DNA of 57,387 nucleotides, counting the filler, from Sphacelaria rigidula (Eukaryota), in assembly GCA_964200075.2 (NCBI GenBank). It is 8 parts of 8 records of this genome, joined end to end, with 100 filler letters (N's around TTAATTAATTAA, not from the genome) between each part and the next. Parts side by side here need not be neighbours in the genome. Positions count along the whole stretch, not along the records: positions 50,303 to 57,387 come from CAXNAA020016566.1; 7 more parts are not named here. One strand, 5' to 3'. The translations under genes and the position numbers were made by a program. This document shows positions 51,580 through 57,387 of this stretch, piece after piece (the first letter of the stretch is position 1; every line of letters starts with the position of its first letter). The notes beneath the pieces are model-generated. The model saw nothing but the letters and a program-made list of their open reading frames with translations. It did no database searches and was not told where the DNA came from.

Positions 51580-54500
51580 CTTCTTCTTAACCTTGCCGGA
51601 AGACGACCCTAACAGCTCCATGTTTTTCAATGTCCTCGCGCCATCCATCACCTCCCCGAAAACCACGTGTTTGTCATCGAGCCACGGCGTCTTTCGATGT
51701 CACAGATACATGGAACACAGAAGAGACAGGACGACAAACGAAAGAAAAAAAAAAAGAGAGAGGGAGAGAGGCAGACAGACATACAGACAAGACACGACAG
51801 AGAAAAAGCGAGGAAAAGCTTTTTGAACGCTCGAGGCGCCTACCCCACAGGACTGACTGCCGCGAGGCGGCCTAGCCGACCCTCCGGGCGATCGTAACAC
51901 GAGCCCGTTCGCGGGGTTAAGTGCTGGGTGAGGTTTTTCTCCTTCCTTCAAGGAATACATGTATGGATATATATATATATATATATCGAAGGATTACAAT
52001 ATTTTCCCCCTCTCTCTCGCAGTGCACCGCCTGACCATTGCAATCGCGGGTGGGACTAACAGCCCACCCTTACCGCGTGCACTCTCGTCATATTTTTTGT
52101 GCATTGATACAAAAAACAGCGTCTTCCCGCGATCAGTGGCGGATATAAAAATCAAGATTTTTACCGAAGGAAATAAAATACCGGTATGTACACTTAAATA
52201 TATCGGGAGTCAAACCCTTCAGGGATGTGCTGGGTAAGGTAAATACTCGGGTACTTACTTTCCCGAATTTTGAATTGCGATAGTCCGATCTCCACAGAAC
52301 GTTTACCCAAATATTCGGTAAAGTTCTGTACGATCGCATTACTTTACCCACATTACCCTCCCTTTCTAAGGTTGACATCGACGCTATAAAACACGCCACT
52401 CACTGACTGCGTATAAGCTAGGCAACCAGGTTATCTGCATTATTCTCGCTAGCGTTTTTTTTTTTTTTTGCGGTAACCATGATGGTGGCCGAACTAGATT
52501 ATATATATTGTGCAGGGTGGAGAACCTCAACTCCGCGCAAAGGAGATTATCATACTATTATGATGAGTGTTTGGATGGTGAGACACCCATAAGATGAGGC
52601 CATGTGTAACCCGTAGCTGTCTCTGGAAGTGGCGATACCAGAAAATGAAGCAACTCATTGTAGGCCATCATCCGTACCCGAGATAATCAGTACGCTCCGA
52701 GGCGAACAATCTCAGCAGAAACGAGCTTACCCTCCAGGCGACACGCCGACGACGTCCCCGCGCTGCACTTAGTCATTGATTGCGAGCCTGGTCCGGCGAA
52801 AACCCGGTGTGCTCCGTCCCGGATTTGTAGGGATGCCGACTCAATGGTCCTACGACTACCGCATGCAAGATCATGAGTACACAAATTCCGGATATGACCG
52901 TTGAGTACCATAACCACAAAGTAGGAAATACCCTACCTGAACACCCTCTCGAAACCCTTCACATTCCGACCTCATCGGCTTCAAGTATACCCGTTTACAG
53001 CTGGACTACCGCGGAGTAGCGACACCATGTAGCCCTTTCTAGTCTCGAGGGGGAAGATCACAACCAAACAAAAACACAATACGTACCTTAGCAACACAAA
53101 TGAAGAATTGACTACCGTTTGTCCCCGGTCCCGCGTTGGCCATGCTCAGTACCCCCGGGCCTGTGTGTTTAAGGGTGAAGTTCTCATCTTCAAACGTGTC
53201 CCCGTAGATTGAAGATCCGCCCGTCCCGTCCGCGTTCTCGAAGTCACCTCCCTGCATTTTTGGGGAGCGTTTTTTTTTTGCTCATTTAATTTCGTTGATG
53301 TTCTTCTATATCCAAACTATGCATTGAAAAAAATATACGGAAAATAATGAGCCTATGTGTCATATTCCAGTGTATCATATTTCCGCTTCCATAATAGAAA
53401 CTAGTTCTGAATATTTTCGATAACTCACAGCCCTTCGCGACATAAGATCGTTCGAATGTGACGAATATAAAATTGGGGCTCTTTTCGCAGCAGCATGCTG
53501 ATGTGTTCAGTAAGTAGTTAGAAACAACTCAACTCGAGGTCGACTTTTTTTTTTCGAATGTTGGATAACGTGAATGTCTAATGTTTTTTCTGCACAGTTT
53601 CACACGCGACATGGCTTGCTCGAAAAATGTACAGAGGTGCTCAGGATATAGGGCAGGGCAAAAAATGCCCGGAATTAGCCCATCCGGTGGTACCCTGTGT
53701 ACTACCCGGATGATGAGCAGTACCGACTACTCCAGGGGTCCCCCAGGGTATTGGTGTTCGTTTTAGTGGTCTTTCGAAGTACGAGTAAGAAAAATCAATC
53801 AACCAAACCGGAACAAGTGTGCGCACGCTATCGATTTATCCATGTATCAACGCAAAAAAAAGCGCATAATGTCCTCCATACACTAAGCATTGCTTCGCAA
53901 CAGAACGTGCATCCGATTGAAAACACCAGAGACGCGAGACGAAAGGATTTTTTTCTCCGAAAGCACGCCACAGGACAGTACCGCACGGCACAGCACGGCA
54001 CAGCACGGCACAGCGTACCACGACCCCAGCGCGGAATTAGCCCGTTCTCTCGGACCCGTGGTCACAGACGTAGGCTTGTATTTCCCTTACCGCCCGCGCT
54101 ATTCCGTACAAGGAGGTGGGTTAGTCGGAGTTGGGCTACATTATTTTCATGGTTGACACAGCTTACAACTGCCATTAACCCCCACCAGCCCTAACCCCAA
54201 TCCAAGGCATACCGAGAACCCTCGGGCAAGGCGGTGCCTAGGGTTCCCTGGGGCAAATTGTGGCGTTGGTAGATCTCAAATCGGCGCTGATTTGGACGAA
54301 AAACGCCTTCTGCGCACGCAAGGAGCACACGGGACTTGTCGAGTCCATCTAAAGATACAATTATCGTTTTTCGCACTCAAATCAAGTAGTATCAACTATG
54401 AGTAAATTGTCGCCCAACTCCGGTCAACTCAAGAGGTTTTACAAGAGGATTAGAGCTCTCAGTGTTTCTTTCTTCCGAGACTCAGCACCGTACAAAACAA

Positions 54501-57071
54501 AATATAGTAGAGCGCATGGACAATGCATCCTCTCCCCGGTAGAGCTACGGCAGCGCAGCGGACAGACACTACCGAGAACATCATCGTACCCGTTCAAAAA
54601 CCCGAAGATACATCTATCTGCGTGCTAGATACACACCACTCACCTGGACCATGAACTCAGGGATAACTCTGTGGAATACGCTCCCTTTGTAGGTTTTGCC
54701 ACCAGGAGCTTCTCCGGTGCACAACTATCGCGAAACAGACAAGCCAGAGGGAGAAGGCAGAGGTGAACAGTCACAGGGGTACACAACAGACAAACAGCAG
54801 ACAGGGGTGAGAGACGAAGACAGACACCCACGCAGGCAGGCCGGCAGGCGGGCGAGTGGGCAGGTAGGTGGATAGAGAGATGAGAAAAGTACCATCCTCG
54901 ACATTAATTTGCCCGTTTTTTGCGGTCCGTTTCGAGTTTCCTTCGGTGAGTTCTACTGTTCTACAATATGTTTTTTGTTTACCTCAGGCACATACGTACG
55001 TACATCCTGTATCTAATGGTCACGGTTGCATTCGGAGCGGATGAGTTAACGTCAACGTTAATGTAAATGCCAACGCTCATCTTGATGTTAATCTTTCAAT
55101 ATTATCATTGACATTAATTTTGATGTTAATCTGAAATATTAGGAGAAGTATCAATGTATTTGTTAATATCAATGTTGATGTTGAAGCGCGACAATCAACC
55201 GATCAATCTAGTCGATCAGTCAGCCAATCGACGTTGACGGTCACCTGATTCTGGGAAAAAGACCCGAACCCAGTAACATTGTTTTCTGTCATTCGTCATT
55301 CGTCATACTCAACTCTCGCACGAGGGAAGACTCCCCGTGTTTTTTTCCCTGTGGTATCATCTTTACTTCACATCGTTATCATCGTTGTTGCTGCGGCCGC
55401 TGCTGCTGCTGTTGTTGTTGTTGTTGTTGTTGCTGTTGCTAGTAGTACTGCCGTCTCCAATCGTTGGGACCGCTATCGTCACTGTTGTCATCATTATTAT
55501 CAATAGAGGTATCTCAAACTCAGGGTTCCCTATATATATTTAACCCACAGACCGGGGTGCGGGTAATTCATCTGAATCACGCATACTTTTTTTAAGTGAA
55601 ATTGATGCCGATCCAGCAGGTGACCCATCCTCGCGGCCCAAGATTCAACTGTCAGTTACTGTTGTGCCCGTGAATGGGGCGCGATTTTGGGCACTATATA
55701 CCGGGAAAATGGACCGACCAACTACACAGTTACTTGAATGCAGAAGGAATGAACCTGAATGAGTCAATCAGTATCGATCACAAGTGCACGCGTCACTCGA
55801 AATGACGACGGCGCTCATACAAAATGTACTATTGCTATAGTACATTCTACAACAAACCTGTGACTGACGTTGCTGTACACCTGTACACAGGGTTACAACA
55901 ACAGGAGGATAGAGGCTATTGCTCATGTTGTTGTTGTGCCCTCTTGTTGCAGTACTGCGCATGTTCTTGTGCTTATCTTCCAACGCAATTTTTTCGGCAA
56001 CGAAGCAGAGGATTGGACTGCGGTTTGATGCGTGCGCTTCCCACACACCAGAACTCTTCAGTGTGGCGGCGCATTTCCGTGACGCGTGCCGCGGAGCCCG
56101 CATCACTTTGCAAACCGCCAAAATGTAATAAAAACCGCGTTTTCTTCAACGATTTGAAGCTTATCGAATCCGCTGTGGCGACCTGAGCAAATCCGCCGCC
56201 ACACTGAATAGATCTAGTGGGGGGGGGGGGGCTGTGAAGTGCCACAGGCCGGTTTGCCTTCTGTCTCGAGAAAAATGCGATGACAAAATTACAGCTGTCG
56301 CGTACAAAGTTTAGATAACTTGGCATGGTGCGTGTGTTCTGCTCGGCACAGGTCCGACCAGTCTATGATGTCTTCATCACGTCTTTAATATATGTTTCGT
56401 TGACAACGGATTTTTGGTCGATAAGGCCTTCATTCACGGGCATAACTGTGGAAAATACCGGCAATCTCGAGTTTGAGATACCTCTATTGGTCTATTAGAG
56501 TTTAAGATACCTCTAAAAGTATCTCAAACTCGGCTCCCGGTTTCCTGGTTTGTTTTGATATATTTCAAGTGAAAGTGATGGCGATTCATGAGATGATGAC
56601 GCTTTGACCGCTAGGTCAGGTCCTCCTATGAATCGCCATCACTCTCACCTGAAAAAATTGTACAAAACCCAGAGCCAGCGAATAAACCATGAAACCGGGA
56701 GCCGAGTTTGAGATACCTCTAATACTAATGAGAGTGTTACACGGTGCGAATAGTACGGGTGAGAGATGATGGGTTGATCTATTGAGACCACGGACTCACC
56801 CCGAGGAAGGGGAAGGGGTTCGAAGTGCGAAAACGACAAAAAATAAAACGTGTTATTTTCTTAAACTACATGTACATCGATGCACATACTAAACTATGGC
56901 TTCGGTGTACTACTCAATGTTCTTGAAACGTCTTCATCTCCGTCCTATTAATACGTTGTTGTTCACTTTCACCTGTCGGAAGTTCTCGGCCGTTTTGGGA
57001 ACAACGTCCGAACGCAGCTGCATGATGAGGCGGCCTTCGGCTTTTCCGTCTACCTCGATGTCGAAGAAGAC
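51580..57071 (-). CDS. Cyclophilin-type peptidyl-prolyl cis-trans isomerase (partial; first and last exons not found in the contig)
   Basis: Four phase-0 GT-AG exons. 57071-56973 [33 protein letters not shown]; 54724-54644 [27 protein letters not shown]; 53251-53087 [55 protein letters not shown]; 51690-51580 [37 protein letters not shown]. The catalytic Arg (FHRVI) and the cyclosporin-contact Trp (PWLD) are intact. Confidence 0.96.
52221..52363. mobile_element. Short degenerate MITE in a cyclophilin intron
   Basis: AGGGATGTGCTGGGTAAGGTAA...TTACTTTACCCACATTACCCTCCCT imperfect terminal inverted repeats. Confidence 0.5.
52408..52882 (-). repeat. Dispersed repeat family R1 copy (cyclophilin intron)
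   Basis: Colinear with 14865-15312. Confidence 0.85.
55501..56722. mobile_element. Two adjacent TIR elements of one family in a cyclophilin intron
   Basis: CAATAGAGGTATCTCAAACTC (55501-55521) is perfectly inverted at 56469-56489. The second element, 56518-56722, has GTATCTCAAACTCGGCTCCCGGTTTC / GAAACCGGGAGCCGAGTTTGAGATAC. Confidence 0.75.
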
Positions 57072-57387
57072 CTGGTGAAATAAATGAGAAAAAAAAAAAA
57101 TGCATAAAAGTTTCAAAAAACGATGGTCAGTCCATACACACGCACGCACGACTGACATTAATAACAGAGCACCAATGTCGAGAACACGAAAGAGAATCTC
57201 ATCGTTCGAAATACCTAAGTTACAGCAAACACGATCACCATCGGATACTCACCCACATACAAGCACATTTTGCCGAATAGCCCGAAGCTTGCCCCCCCCC
57301 CCCCTCCTTGGTGCAATAGAGAGCAGAAGTCATATAGTGGCAGAATGCGAATTATACGAGGAGGAACGGGACGTGCTAGAGGGGGAA

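Overview
Eukaryotic nuclear DNA, most consistent with a brown alga or other stramenopile (inferred from long GT-AG introns, many microsatellites and MITEs, and gene content). The window is not one locus. Seven 100-nt N-TTAATTAATTAA-N linkers fall exactly every 7186 nt, so it is eight contigs of about 7086 nt concatenated, and adjacency across the gaps carries no information. By hand-splicing I recover four intron-rich minus-strand genes that the ORF track fragments: a PARP6/PARP8-like ADP-ribosyltransferase (3 internal exons), an uncharacterised Cys-rich tandem-domain protein (3 exons), a probably complete TilS tRNA(Ile)-lysidine synthetase (8 exons) and a cyclophilin (4 exons). There is also a tRNA-Leu(TAG), two tRNA-Pro-like pseudo-tRNAs, a tRNA-headed SINE, a probable Helitron 3' end, many fold-back elements and decayed Cys-cluster (KDZ-like) transposase remnants. 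The most unusual feature is a 7-kb higher-order array of two ~215-nt core types separated by pentamer microsatellites. The cores are non-coding, colinear without indels, and can fold into a multi-stem structure with some covariation.
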